A stretch of 64,000 nucleotides of DNA from Myxococcota bacterium (GTDB lineage Bacteria > Myxococcota_A > UBA9160 > UBA4427). The notes below the pieces were generated by a model, which did no database searches, was not told where the DNA came from, and worked only from the letters and a program-made list of their open reading frames with translations. Each line of letters opens with the position of its first letter. Positions within the stretch are counted from its first letter, which is position 1. The position numbers and the translations under genes are program-made. Below, in pieces: positions 53,471-62,807 of the stretch. The stretch spans positions 166,750-230,749 of the forward strand of contig JBNLVL010000004.1 of assembly GCA_050618075.1 (NCBI GenBank). The letters run 5' to 3'.

Positions 53471-54385
53471 ATGAGGATCCAGGTCGACGGGGCTCGCTTG
53501 TTCGTGGACGTCGATGGCGCGAAGTGGGTGCCCGACGGCGCCGTCATGCGCGAGCGCCCCACGCTGGTGCTGCTCCACGGCGGTCCGGGGCTGGACCACT
53601 CCAGCTTCAAGAGCGAGCTGTTCGCGCTGCGCGACGAGATGCAGCTCGTCTACCTCGACCACCGCGGCAACGGGCGCAGCGACCGCAGCACACCCGACCG
53701 CTGGACCCTCGAGCAGTGGGCCGACGACGTCCGAGCCGTCTGCGAAGCGCTGGGGATCGAGCGCCCCGTCGTGATGGGGCAGTCGTTCGGCGGCTTCGTC
53801 GCCCAGGTCTACGCGGCGCGCCACCCGGAGCATCCCGCGGGCCTGATCTTCTCGAGCACCTCGGGCCGCTTCGATCGCGCGCGCAACCTGGCCGCCTTCG
53901 AGCGCCTGGGCGGGCGCGAATGCCTGGAGGCGGCGAGCGCCTTCTACGACGCCCCGAGCGCGCAGACGCTTCCGGACTTCGTCACGAAGTGCATGCCGCT
54001 CTACAACCGGCACTTCTCCGACCCCGACGGCCTGGCGCGGACGATCGTGAACGTCGACGTGCTGCTGCACTTCTTCACCGAGGTGTACCCCGGGTGCGAC
54101 CTGCTGCCGGGACTGGCGGGCGTGCGCTGCCCCGCCCTGGTGCTCGGCGGGGAGGACGATCCGACCACGCCCATCGAGGACCAGGTCGACATCGCCAACG
54201 CCCTGCCCCGGGAGTGGGTCGAGTTCCACCGCTTCGCCGACTGCGGGCACGGCGCCTACCGGGACCAGCCGGACCGGGCGCTTCCGATCATCCGGGACTT
54301 CGTGCGCAGGGCCTTCGAAGCGGTCGCCCAGCCCGGCGCCGCCCCTGCGATCAGCCGCCTTCGCCCGCCTCCAGCTGCTTCTTGA
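53471..54385 (+). CDS. Alpha/beta fold hydrolase (proline iminopeptidase-like)
   Basis: LHGGPG, DHRGNGRS, GQSFGG nucleophile elbow, GEDDP, CGH. TAGCCT 6 nt before ATG. Confidence 0.9.
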   Translation: MRIQVDGARLFVDVDGAKWVPDGAVMRERPTLVLLHGGPGLDHSSFKSELFALRDEMQLVYLDHRGNGRSDRSTPDRWTLEQWADDVRAVCEALGIERPVVMGQSFGGFVAQVYAARHPEHPAGLIFSSTSGRFDRARNLAAFERLGGRECLEAASAFYDAPSAQTLPDFVTKCMPLYNRHFSDPDGLARTIVNVDVLLHFFTEVYPGCDLLPGLAGVRCPALVLGGEDDPTTPIEDQVDIANALPREWVEFHRFADCGHGAYRDQPDRALPIIRDFVRRAFEAVAQPGAAPAISRLRPPPAAS

Positions 54386-54608
54386 TGGGCGTCCAGTGGA
54401 ACAGGCCGTAGATCATCGTCTGGACGAAGTGGTGCCCCATCGTGCCCTCGGCCTTCTCGAAGAGCGATCGGTTCACGAAGAACTCGACGAGGTGGGCGAC
54501 GAAGGTGAGCCCGAAGACCCACTGCCCCGCGGTGGCGACCCAGCCGCTGCCGAGGGCCATCGCGGCGATCGACCCGATCCAGATGGCCCAGACGCTCTGC
54601 TTCTGCAT
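54351..54608 (-). CDS. Small membrane protein (DUF1145-like)
   Basis: Two TM helices, AHLVEF, QTMIYGLFHW; GAAAGGAAA RBS. Confidence 0.72.
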   Translation of the reverse strand: MQKQSVWAIWIGSIAAMALGSGWVATAGQWVFGLTFVAHLVEFFVNRSLFEKAEGTMGHHFVQTMIYGLFHWTPIKKQLEAGEGG

Positions 54609-54640
54609 GGCTTTCCTTTCGAGGTGCGAATCCGGGACGC

Positions 54641-55420
54641 CTAGCGTCCGCGGTAGGTCGGTGTCCGCTTCTCCATGAACGCCTGGAGCCCCTCGCGGAA
54701 GTCCTCGGTGCGGAAGAGCTGGAGCAGCTCGCCCATCACGTGGTAGGCGTTGGCGTCGAAGCTCGACTCGAGACCGAGCCGCATGCTGCGCTTGGCCGCC
54801 GCCACGGCCAGCGGCGCGTTGGCGGCCAGCTCGACCGCCCAGTCCCAGGCGACCGAGAGCAGCTCGTCGTGGGGCACGATGCGGTTCGCGAGTCCGAGCC
54901 GGTCGATCTCCCCGGCGTCGAGCTTGCGGGCGAGCAGGATGACCTCGCTCGCCTTCTGCCAGCCGACGAGCCGCGGCAGGAGCCAGGTACCGCCGCTCTC
55001 GGGCACGACCCCGCGGCGCACGGGCGGCGCGAAGCTCGCCCGGTCCGACGCCAGCACGAAGTCGCAGGACAACGCCATGTCCATGCCGTAGCCCGAGGCG
55101 GGGCCGTTCAGCGCGCAGACCACGGGCGTGTCGATGCGGTGCAGGACGAAGGGCGGCATCTCGCCGATCTTGAGGGCGTCGGCGCCCGCGGCGGGGTCGC
55201 CCGGGCCCCCGGCCGCGGCGTCCTTGAGGTCGAGGCCCGAGCAGAAGCCCCGGCCCGCGCCCGTCAGCAAGATGACCCGCACATCGGGGTCCCGATCGCA
55301 GCGCAACAGCTCTTCGGAGAGCCGGGTCAGCATCGCGCCGCTGATGGCGTTGAGCCGCTCGGGTCGGTTGAGCGTGATGGTGGTGACGTGGTCCCTGGTC
55401 TCGACGAGCAGATCGGGCAT
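54641..55420 (-). CDS. Enoyl-CoA hydratase/isomerase family protein
   Basis: LNRPERLNA, GRGFCSGLDL, NGPASGYG, PESGGTWLLPRLVG, EKRTP. Confidence 0.92.
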   Translation of the reverse strand: MPDLLVETRDHVTTITLNRPERLNAISGAMLTRLSEELLRCDRDPDVRVILLTGAGRGFCSGLDLKDAAAGGPGDPAAGADALKIGEMPPFVLHRIDTPVVCALNGPASGYGMDMALSCDFVLASDRASFAPPVRRGVVPESGGTWLLPRLVGWQKASEVILLARKLDAGEIDRLGLANRIVPHDELLSVAWDWAVELAANAPLAVAAAKRSMRLGLESSFDANAYHVMGELLQLFRTEDFREGLQAFMEKRTPTYRGR

Positions 55421-55503
55421 GGCCGAGTCAGGGTATCACTTCCCCGCTCCCGTCCGGCCATGGCGAGGGCTCGCGGTCCCGGCCGTCCGCGGCGCCCCGG
55501 CGC

Positions 55504-56544
55504 TCAGACGACGTCGGTGTCCGCCCAGCTCAGGTGCCAGCTCGCGGGATCCACCAGCTCGGGCCGCCCCGCGAAGCGGCCGAGCCCGCGCACGCTGAAG
55601 CGGATGACCTGGGGGTGGAGGCGCTCGGGGATCCGGCGGAAGCCGAAGCGGCCCAGGGCCTGGCCGGTGGCGCCGGACCGCGGCCGCAGGGCCGAGAGCA
55701 GCTCCGCGCCCTCGCGGCGCGCCGTCTCCGCAAAGGTGTCGAGGAGCGCGCGACCCGCCTCCACCTCGCCCGGCGCCACGAGCAGGTCGACGATGAAGCC
55801 GCCCCGCAGCCCGCGCAGCTCGAGGGTGCGGTAGACGCCCCAGGCCGCCACGGCGCCGTCCCGGACGGCCATGGCGCCGCGGTAGCGGGCATCGGGGCGG
55901 GTCCCGAAGCGCCAGCGCGAGAAGGCCGCGTCGCGCACCCCCGCCATGTGCAGCTCGCTCTCGCAGCGCGCCCAGAGATCGTCGAGGCGGGCTTCGTCCG
56001 GCGCGCAGCGGGTGATCTCCACGCCGCTGCGGCGGCTCTCCGGCGGATCGGCCTCGGCCGGCCGCCGGGGCGGCCGCCCCAGCAGCGAGCGTGCGATCGA
56101 GAACGGGCGCAGGATCTTCACGCACCAGGGGAAGGGGCGGATGGCGGTGCGCTCCAGGGGGCCGGTCATCAGTCGATGGGACTGGGCGTTGGAGAAGCCC
56201 GCGACGAAGCCGAAGCCCTCGCGCTCCAGGCGCTCGTAGAGCGCGCAGCCGACGCGGTAGAAGAGCCGACGGCCGCGCATCGCCGGGTCGGTCATGGCGC
56301 CCACCGAGTAGCCGCCGAGCACGACCTCGTCCCCCAAGCGAAAGCGCATCGCCGCCACGCCGGCGTGGGCGACGATGCGGCCGTCGACCACGGCGACCGT
56401 GCGCGGGCAGTCGCCGGCCGGCCCCGGGCGGAACAGCCACTCCACGGTCTGGCCGCCGGAGGCATCCCCGAAGCAGCGATCCCACAGCGCGCGTACGCCG
56501 TCTTCGTCCTCGCCTGGTCGGAAGTCGCGCAGCGACTCGCTCAT
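55504..56544 (-). CDS. GNAT-family N-acyltransferase (tandem GNAT fold)
   Basis: AMTDPAMRGRRLF acyl-CoA motif, GFSN, VRDAAFSRWRF; ATGA overlap with the glycosyltransferase. Confidence 0.8.
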   Translation of the reverse strand: MSESLRDFRPGEDEDGVRALWDRCFGDASGGQTVEWLFRPGPAGDCPRTVAVVDGRIVAHAGVAAMRFRLGDEVVLGGYSVGAMTDPAMRGRRLFYRVGCALYERLEREGFGFVAGFSNAQSHRLMTGPLERTAIRPFPWCVKILRPFSIARSLLGRPPRRPAEADPPESRRSGVEITRCAPDEARLDDLWARCESELHMAGVRDAAFSRWRFGTRPDARYRGAMAVRDGAVAAWGVYRTLELRGLRGGFIVDLLVAPGEVEAGRALLDTFAETARREGAELLSALRPRSGATGQALGRFGFRRIPERLHPQVIRFSVRGLGRFAGRPELVDPASWHLSWADTDVV

Positions 56545-57827
56545 CGCCTCGCGCGCGCCTCGGCCACGGCGGTCTCGAGCATCTCCTCGAAGCGCTCCAC
56601 CAGCAGCCGGCGGTCGAAGCTGGCCGAGTAGCGGCGACCGCGCTCGCCCAGCTGGCGGACCAGCTCGGGGTCGCCGCAGAGCCGCTCGACGTTGGCCACC
56701 AGGCCCGCCACGTCGGACGCGGCGGAGGCCAGGCCCGCCCCCGACTCCGCCACGATCTCCGCGGGCGCGCCGTCGGCGGAGAGCAGGACCGGGTTGCCGC
56801 TGGCCATGGCCTCGTAGATCTTGGAGGGAACGGTGTGCTTGTCCTTGCGGGGCCGCAGGGTCACCGCCACCGCGTTCGCCTGGGAGAGCAGGGGCGGCAT
56901 CATGTCCCGCGGCTGCTCGGGCAGCAGGCGCACCTGATCGGAGAGCCCCTCCCGCTCGACCCGCTCCTCGAGACGCGCGCGCTCCGAGCCGTTGCCGACC
57001 AGCACGAACTGGACCCGGGCCGCCGCCTCCGGGCTCCCTTCGCGCAGGGCGGCGGCGGCGTCGAGCAGGATGTCGAGGCCCTGGGGCGGGTTGAAGATGC
57101 CCGCGTAGAGCACGATGAAGCGGTCCTTGGCCACGCCGTGCTCGCGGAAGAGCGCCTCCGCGGGATCGAGATCCACCGCGTCGAAGCGCGCGAGGTCGAC
57201 GCCGTTGGGGATGACGCGGAGCTTGGACTCCTCGACGCCCTTCTCCATCAGCCGGGTCCGCTTGCCCTCGGTCACCACGCTCACCATGGTGGCGGCGCGA
57301 TACAGGGCGCGTTCCACGCGCTCGAGAAGCCGGATCAGGGGCCCGCTGGCCAGGCGGCCCGAGAGCACGATGGCCTCGGGCCAGATGTCCCGCACGTCGA
57401 ACACCAGGGGCGCTCGCAGCACCCGCGAGGCCAGCATGCCCGGGATGCCCACGCTCGGGGGCGGCGACGTGGCGACGACCACGTCGGCCCGCGGCCTGCC
57501 GAAGAGCGTCCAGAGCGCGGCGCTCAGGACGTAGGAGGCGAACCCGGCGCTTTTGGTGAACTTCGACAGGCGGGGCGAGGCGTAGATCCAGCCGCGCATC
57601 ACCTCGATGCCGTCGATCCACTCGCGCCGGCGCAGCTGTCCGCGGTACGCCTCGGGAATCACGCCGGAGGGCGAGTTGGGGAAGCCGGTGATCACACGCA
57701 CCCGGTGTCCGCGCTCCACCAGCAGTCGCCCGAGGTCGTGGAAGCGCGCCGCGGGCGCCCCCATCTCCGGGGTGAAGAACTGACTCAGGATCAGGATGTC
57801 CAGCTTGTCTCGCGAAGTGTCACTCAC
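56541..57827 (-). CDS. Glycosyltransferase family 4 (WbuB-like)
   Basis: SQFFTPE, GFPN, ATSPP, DVRDIWPE, IPNGVD, YAG, PSKIYEAMASG. Confidence 0.92.
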   Translation of the reverse strand: MSDTSRDKLDILILSQFFTPEMGAPAARFHDLGRLLVERGHRVRVITGFPNSPSGVIPEAYRGQLRRREWIDGIEVMRGWIYASPRLSKFTKSAGFASYVLSAALWTLFGRPRADVVVATSPPPSVGIPGMLASRVLRAPLVFDVRDIWPEAIVLSGRLASGPLIRLLERVERALYRAATMVSVVTEGKRTRLMEKGVEESKLRVIPNGVDLARFDAVDLDPAEALFREHGVAKDRFIVLYAGIFNPPQGLDILLDAAAALREGSPEAAARVQFVLVGNGSERARLEERVEREGLSDQVRLLPEQPRDMMPPLLSQANAVAVTLRPRKDKHTVPSKIYEAMASGNPVLLSADGAPAEIVAESGAGLASAASDVAGLVANVERLCGDPELVRQLGERGRRYSASFDRRLLVERFEEMLETAVAEARARR

Positions 57828-58010
57828 GCGTCGTTCACCGAGCCGTCGTGGGCCGGATCGGCCCCACCGCGCCGCAGCGCGGCCCCATTCTACCGTCGAT
57901 TGGCGGCGCGCCACCCCGGGCCGGATCGCCCTCGTCACGTGGGCGCGTCGCCCCCCGACAGGCCCGGCGGGTGCGGGCCTTGCGACGGGCCCGCCGCCCG
58001 CTCCGCCCCG

Positions 58011-59327
58011 CTACTTCAGGATCGCCGCCAGGGAGACGCCCTTCCCGCCCTTCAGCAGCTTGATCTGGTGCTCGAGCCAGCCCACCAGCCAGAAGTTCCC
58101 CGTGGTGCGGAAGGTCCGCGCGTCGGCGAGGAGGGACTCGTGGACCTCGACGGCCAGCGCCTTCGCCGCCTCGCTCTCGGGATCGGCCGAGAGCACGATG
58201 TCGAGCAGGTGGAGCGCCTCTTCGCGGCGGCCCGAGGCCGCCTTCGCCCGCGCGCGCTCGACGAGGGCCTGGGCGCCGGCGAGCTCGACCAGGTCGGCAT
58301 GGACCGCCTGCTGGGGGACGCTGTAGAGCTCGGTCGTGGACTCGTGCTTGAACCAGCCCGCGTAGCTCTCCCAGATGGCGCGCACGCTCCACGCGACCGT
58401 CCCGTAGCCCTCGCCCACCTCGCACTCGGCGGGCAGCGCGATCTCCTGCTGGAGCCGGGTGACGTCCCGGCCGTCGTTCATGCCCTCGACCACCCGGTCG
58501 TGCACGTGGACGATGGCGTCGCGAATCGCGGTGACCTCCCGCCGGATCAGGTCCGCCCCCACCACGGGAGCGTGGTGGCCGTACAGGATCACCTCCGGCT
58601 CGAGGTCGAGAACCGCCTGGGCGGCCTGGGCGCAGACCAGCGCGTCGCGGTAGCGGTCTCCCCGGATGGTCACCAGGTTGGGGAAGTGACCGAACGGACA
58701 GCCGAAGAGATTGCCCGTGAAGCAGATGCGGTGCTGGGGCAGCCAGACGATCAACGAGTCGTTGGTCTCGGCTCCCATCTGCCCGATCAGCACGAGCTCG
58801 AGGCCGCCCAGGGTGATCTCGTGGCGATCCTCGAAGACGATGTCCGCCGTCGGTCGGTCCTGGGGGTTGAGGTCGGTGTAGCCGGCCTCCGCGTACTCCC
58901 GGAACACCTGGGGGAAGACGTCGGCGAAGCGGAAGGCGGAGCGCGCCTGGCGGAAGCGGACGAGGCGGGCGTCGTAGGACTGGTGCTCCGCGTTGTTGGC
59001 GTGGGCGATCATCCGGAGCCCGGGGTTCCGGTCCCGGAAGTACTGGACGCCCCCCACGTGGTCCACGTGTCCCTGGGTGACGACGAGGTACGCGAGGGTG
59101 CCGTCGATCCCGCCGGCGAGCGTCTCGAAGTTGCGGTGGTGCACGGGCGCCTCGAACCCCATTCCGGAGTTGACGAGGACGTTGCCCTCCGCGGTCTCGA
59201 TCAGGTACGTGTTCGAGTTGCCCTCGGACATGGAGATGAAGTCGTTGAAGCGGCTGCACCGGCCGAAGCGGGCGGCCTCGGGACCGGTGGGTCGGGTCTT
59301 GTAGAGAGGCTCTCCTCGAGCGCCCAT
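58011..59327 (-). CDS. MBL-fold metallohydrolase, alkyl sulfatase (SdsA)-like with dimerisation domain
   Basis: TQGHVDHVGG (degenerate HxHxDH), GAETNDS, FPNLVTIRGDRYR, YGH, GEGYG..W.VRAIWESYAGWF. Confidence 0.82.
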   Translation of the reverse strand: MGARGEPLYKTRPTGPEAARFGRCSRFNDFISMSEGNSNTYLIETAEGNVLVNSGMGFEAPVHHRNFETLAGGIDGTLAYLVVTQGHVDHVGGVQYFRDRNPGLRMIAHANNAEHQSYDARLVRFRQARSAFRFADVFPQVFREYAEAGYTDLNPQDRPTADIVFEDRHEITLGGLELVLIGQMGAETNDSLIVWLPQHRICFTGNLFGCPFGHFPNLVTIRGDRYRDALVCAQAAQAVLDLEPEVILYGHHAPVVGADLIRREVTAIRDAIVHVHDRVVEGMNDGRDVTRLQQEIALPAECEVGEGYGTVAWSVRAIWESYAGWFKHESTTELYSVPQQAVHADLVELAGAQALVERARAKAASGRREEALHLLDIVLSADPESEAAKALAVEVHESLLADARTFRTTGNFWLVGWLEHQIKLLKGGKGVSLAAILK

Positions 59328-59451
59328 GACGAAGCTCCTGCAGTTGAGGTCGCGGGTTCGGCCCCTCGGTTCTCCCGGGCTCCCGGGGCTCGCCGGCCTT
59401 CGCCGCTCGACTCGGCCGTGAACGCCCCGGCCCGGGGCGGGACGCTCGCGG

Positions 59452-60201
59452 CTACATCACCGAGTAGCCGCCATCGACGCACAGCGTCTGGCCGAGGATG
59501 AAGCGCGCGCCCGGGCTGGCGAGGAAGAGGACCGCGGGGGCGACGTCCTCGGGCACGCCCCAGCGTCCCATCGGGACCCGGGCCAGCTCGGCCGCCTCCA
59601 CCGCCTCCATGCCTTCGGCCTTCATGACGGCGGTCATCCCGGTCTCGATCAAGCCGGGCGCGACGCAGTTCACGCGGATGTTCTCGCGCGCCCAGGTGAC
59701 GGCCATGTTGAGCGTCATCTGGACGACTCCGGCCTTGGCGGCGCCGTAGCCGGGGACCAGGGGCACCGCCCGGAAGGCGGACATGCTCGCGCAGTTCACG
59801 ATGCTGCCCCCGCCCTCGATGCCGCTCTCCACGAGGACGGGCTTGAGTGCGACCGCGAGCCGGAAGCTGCTGACGAGCAGGAGCTGGAGCGCCTCGGCGA
59901 AGGTGTCGGGGCTCCACTCGTTGCGGGCCACCAGGTTCGCGCCGGCGTTGTTGACGAGTACGTCGAGTCGGTCGATGCCGGCGGCCAGCGCATCGAGCGA
60001 GGCGGCGTCGGTCATCTCGGCCGAGCGGTATTCGAAGCGCGAGAGGTCGCGGTCGTAGTCCGATGCGGACGCCTTGCGGCCGGTGACCAGCACCTCCGCG
60101 CCGGCATCGGCGAAGGCGTCGGCGACCCCCAGCCCGATTCCCGAGGTGCCGCCGGTGACGAGCACTCGGCGCCCCCGGAAGTCGAAGCTCAAGCCCTCCA
60201 T
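59452..60201 (-). CDS. SDR family NAD(P)-dependent oxidoreductase
   Basis: TGGTSGIG, NNAG, YGAAK, VDGG. Confidence 0.93.
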   Translation of the reverse strand: MEGLSFDFRGRRVLVTGGTSGIGLGVADAFADAGAEVLVTGRKASASDYDRDLSRFEYRSAEMTDAASLDALAAGIDRLDVLVNNAGANLVARNEWSPDTFAEALQLLLVSSFRLAVALKPVLVESGIEGGGSIVNCASMSAFRAVPLVPGYGAAKAGVVQMTLNMAVTWARENIRVNCVAPGLIETGMTAVMKAEGMEAVEAAELARVPMGRWGVPEDVAPAVLFLASPGARFILGQTLCVDGGYSVM

Positions 60202-60213
60202 CGCGTCCGCCTC

Positions 60214-60672
60214 CTACCCATGGGGGTTCTGGTACAGCTCGAGCATCAGCCCGCCCCGCTCGGCGGGCCCTTCCAGGTAGGCCCACTCGATGTCCGACCC
60301 GGGAAAGCCGTGGGACCACACGACCTCGAAGCCCTCCGCCTCGAGCCGCGACCGGAAGCGCGCGAGGTCCTCCACCTTGAAGCGCACGTGGTGCACGCCT
60401 TCTCCGCAGCGGTCGAGCGCCTCCTTGTGGGGGCTGTCGCCCGAGACCCACTCGATGAGCTCGACCTCGAGCGGCCCCGAGCGCCCGAACGCCATGCGCA
60501 GCGTGACGTCCGACCGGCGACCCCGGTAGTTCGTTCCTTCCAGGGCGCTCTCCATGGTCACGAAGGGCCCGAAGAGCGGACCGAACGTCCGGAGGGCCTG
60601 CTCGAGGTCGCGCACCACGTAGCCGACCTGGTCGATGGGCGGCAGCCCGAGCTCGGCGGGGACTTGCTTCAT
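60214..60672 (-). CDS. VOC family protein (methylmalonyl-CoA epimerase-like)
   Basis: IDQVGYVVRD, EVELIE, GEGVHHV, LELY. Confidence 0.85.
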   Translation of the reverse strand: MKQVPAELGLPPIDQVGYVVRDLEQALRTFGPLFGPFVTMESALEGTNYRGRRSDVTLRMAFGRSGPLEVELIEWVSGDSPHKEALDRCGEGVHHVRFKVEDLARFRSRLEAEGFEVVWSHGFPGSDIEWAYLEGPAERGGLMLELYQNPHG

Positions 60673-60673
60673 C

Positions 60674-61924
60674 TCAGCTCACCTCCAGCTCGACGGGGAA
60701 CCGGTCGAGGTAGAACCCGAAGCGCTCACGGACCGCCTCGGGCCCGGTGCCGAAGTCGGCGCGCAGGTCGTATACGACGCGGCCGTGCCGCCCGCGTGGG
60801 TGGCGCGCCAGGTGCCCCTGGATCCGGGCCCTGGCTTCGGCCGTCATCGGGAGCCCCGCGACCTGGTAGATGCGCTCGACGGTCTCGAAGTCGGCCCCCA
60901 TGAACTCGTGGAACAGGACGTCGATCGTGCGGTCCGAAGGGAGCAGGTGGCGGTCCCGGATCGACGCCGCCAGGAGCATGCGGACGCGGTCCGTCCAGTA
61001 CTCGAGGTACCACTCCGGGCGGGTGCGGGTGTAGCCGATGCGCGCCCCGTAGCAGAGCATCGTCGCGGCGGACTGCACCACCGACACGGGGTCGCGGTGG
61101 GTCACGACGAAGGTGGCGTCGGGGAAGGTCTCGACCAGGGGCCCGAGCTGCTCCAGGTGCTGCGGCGACTTCAGGACCCAGCGCTCCCGCGGCCGGACCC
61201 ACTGGAGGATCTTGAGGACCGTCTTCAGGTATTCGTAGTGGGGTCGCTGGTCGTGGGCCAGGTAGTAGTCGCGCCAGCGCGGCGCCCGGGCGGTCCACTC
61301 CTGGTTGTAGCTCGAGAAGTCGGGCAGCTGGAGCTCCAGCTCCTCGTGGATGTGGTCCGGGTCCATCGGGTGCATGGCCGCCAGCAGGGGCACGAAGGCC
61401 TGCATCGCCTTCCAGGCGTTCGCGCAGCGCACGTAGCGCGGGTCCCGGGCGACCTCGGAGACCTCGGCCACCGGGACGGGCTCCTGTCCCTCCCAGAGCG
61501 GCATCGAGCGGAGCCGGGCGTCGGCCGCGATCAGGTTGACGAGGTGGGTCGTGCCCGAGCGCGGCAGGCCCACGACGACGATGGGCCTGGCGATCTCGAC
61601 CTCGTGGATCTCGGGGTGCTCCTCCAGGAGCCGGTGGATGCGGAGGCGGTTCGACGCGTAGCGGACGCAGTCGTTGAAGTGGTTCAGTCGGCCCAGCCCG
61701 GTGAGCTCGGGGTCGGCGTCCAGCTCGGAGAGCCACACGCCGAGACGCTCCCGGAAGTCGTCGGCCCCGAAATCCGAGAGGCCGGTCTGTGCCGCGGCGG
61801 CCTCGAGCACGGCGCCCACGGAGAGCTCGACCTCGTTGGACTCGCCGTGGGCCAGCGCCGCCCTCTGCACGTCGTCGAGCCGAGGCCTGGCGAGGTCGTC
61901 GATCCGGATGATCTCTCCGGCCAT
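60674..61924 (-). CDS. Sulfotransferase (PAPS-dependent, mycobacterial Stf-like)
   Basis: 5'-PSB loop GLPRSGTT, WVLKSPQH, 3'-PB THRDP...S; GGAGGAG RBS. Confidence 0.9.
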   Translation of the reverse strand: MAGEIIRIDDLARPRLDDVQRAALAHGESNEVELSVGAVLEAAAAQTGLSDFGADDFRERLGVWLSELDADPELTGLGRLNHFNDCVRYASNRLRIHRLLEEHPEIHEVEIARPIVVVGLPRSGTTHLVNLIAADARLRSMPLWEGQEPVPVAEVSEVARDPRYVRCANAWKAMQAFVPLLAAMHPMDPDHIHEELELQLPDFSSYNQEWTARAPRWRDYYLAHDQRPHYEYLKTVLKILQWVRPRERWVLKSPQHLEQLGPLVETFPDATFVVTHRDPVSVVQSAATMLCYGARIGYTRTRPEWYLEYWTDRVRMLLAASIRDRHLLPSDRTIDVLFHEFMGADFETVERIYQVAGLPMTAEARARIQGHLARHPRGRHGRVVYDLRADFGTGPEAVRERFGFYLDRFPVELEVS

Positions 61925-62059
61925 GCCCCGCTCCTCCTCCAGGCACCCGGCGCGACGGTGCGACGGCGCGAGTTAATCCTGGTTTCTTATTCATTCTACA
62001 CGTACTCTCCCGGCTGGATCCCGGAAAACAGGGCATATCAGGAACCGGGAGAGACAGCG

Positions 62060-62758
62060 TTGGCATCGATTTCAGAAGATCGTTCGATCCACTCGGTCCC
62101 TCGAACGGAGACGCTGGCCACTCGGCTGCGGATCCTTCGGGCCGCCGAACGCCTCTTCTCCGAGGCGGGCATCGACGCCGTCGCGCTCCATCAGATCGGC
62201 CGCGAGGCGGGCCAGCGCAACCGCTCGGCCGTCCAGTACCACTTCGGGGACAAGCAGGGGCTGCTCGTCGCGATCCTCGATCGCCACACCCCGTCGATCG
62301 GCGAGCATCGCAACCACCTGCTGGACGAGATCGAGGAGCGCGGCGAGACCCGCGACCTGCACCGGCTCGCCGAGGCCTTCGTGCTGCCGGTGGTGCGCAA
62401 GGCCCGGGACCCCGACGGCGGCATGGCGTACGTGCGGATCGCCGCCCAGCTGATCGGCCACCCTCGCTACACCCTGTTCCGACTCGACCAGCAGCGCGGG
62501 CGAGCGGGGTCGCGCCGCCTGCAGCGGCTCGTCACGGCCGCGGGCCCGGAGATCCCCCGCCCGCTCCGCCTCCCCCGCACGCTGACCGCCACCGGCCTGC
62601 TCTTCCACGGCATCGCCGACTGGTCGCGGATCGTCGAGGAGCGATCCGGGCGGATCGCAGAGGCTGACTGGTCGGGGATGACGTCCCACCTGGTCGACGC
62701 GGCGGCCGCGCAGTTCGCGATGCCGGTGGCGCCCTCCCGGGGCCGGCAGGAGCCCTGA
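62060..62758 (+). CDS. TetR/AcrR family transcriptional regulator
   Basis: RILRAAERLF..GIDAV..IGREAGQRNRSAVQYHFGDK; TTG start after GGGAGAG; divergent from the sulfotransferase. Confidence 0.88.
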   Translation: MASISEDRSIHSVPRTETLATRLRILRAAERLFSEAGIDAVALHQIGREAGQRNRSAVQYHFGDKQGLLVAILDRHTPSIGEHRNHLLDEIEERGETRDLHRLAEAFVLPVVRKARDPDGGMAYVRIAAQLIGHPRYTLFRLDQQRGRAGSRRLQRLVTAAGPEIPRPLRLPRTLTATGLLFHGIADWSRIVEERSGRIAEADWSGMTSHLVDAAAAQFAMPVAPSRGRQEP

Positions 62759-62807
62759 GCCCGCCCGGGAGCGATCCGCCGGTCGCGGCCGAGCCCCCGC
62801 GCGCGCT

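Noticed and set aside
54351-54385. 35-bp convergent overlap of the hydrolase and the small membrane protein
   Set aside because: Low-complexity C-terminal run-on, common in GC-rich genomes; no evidence of function.
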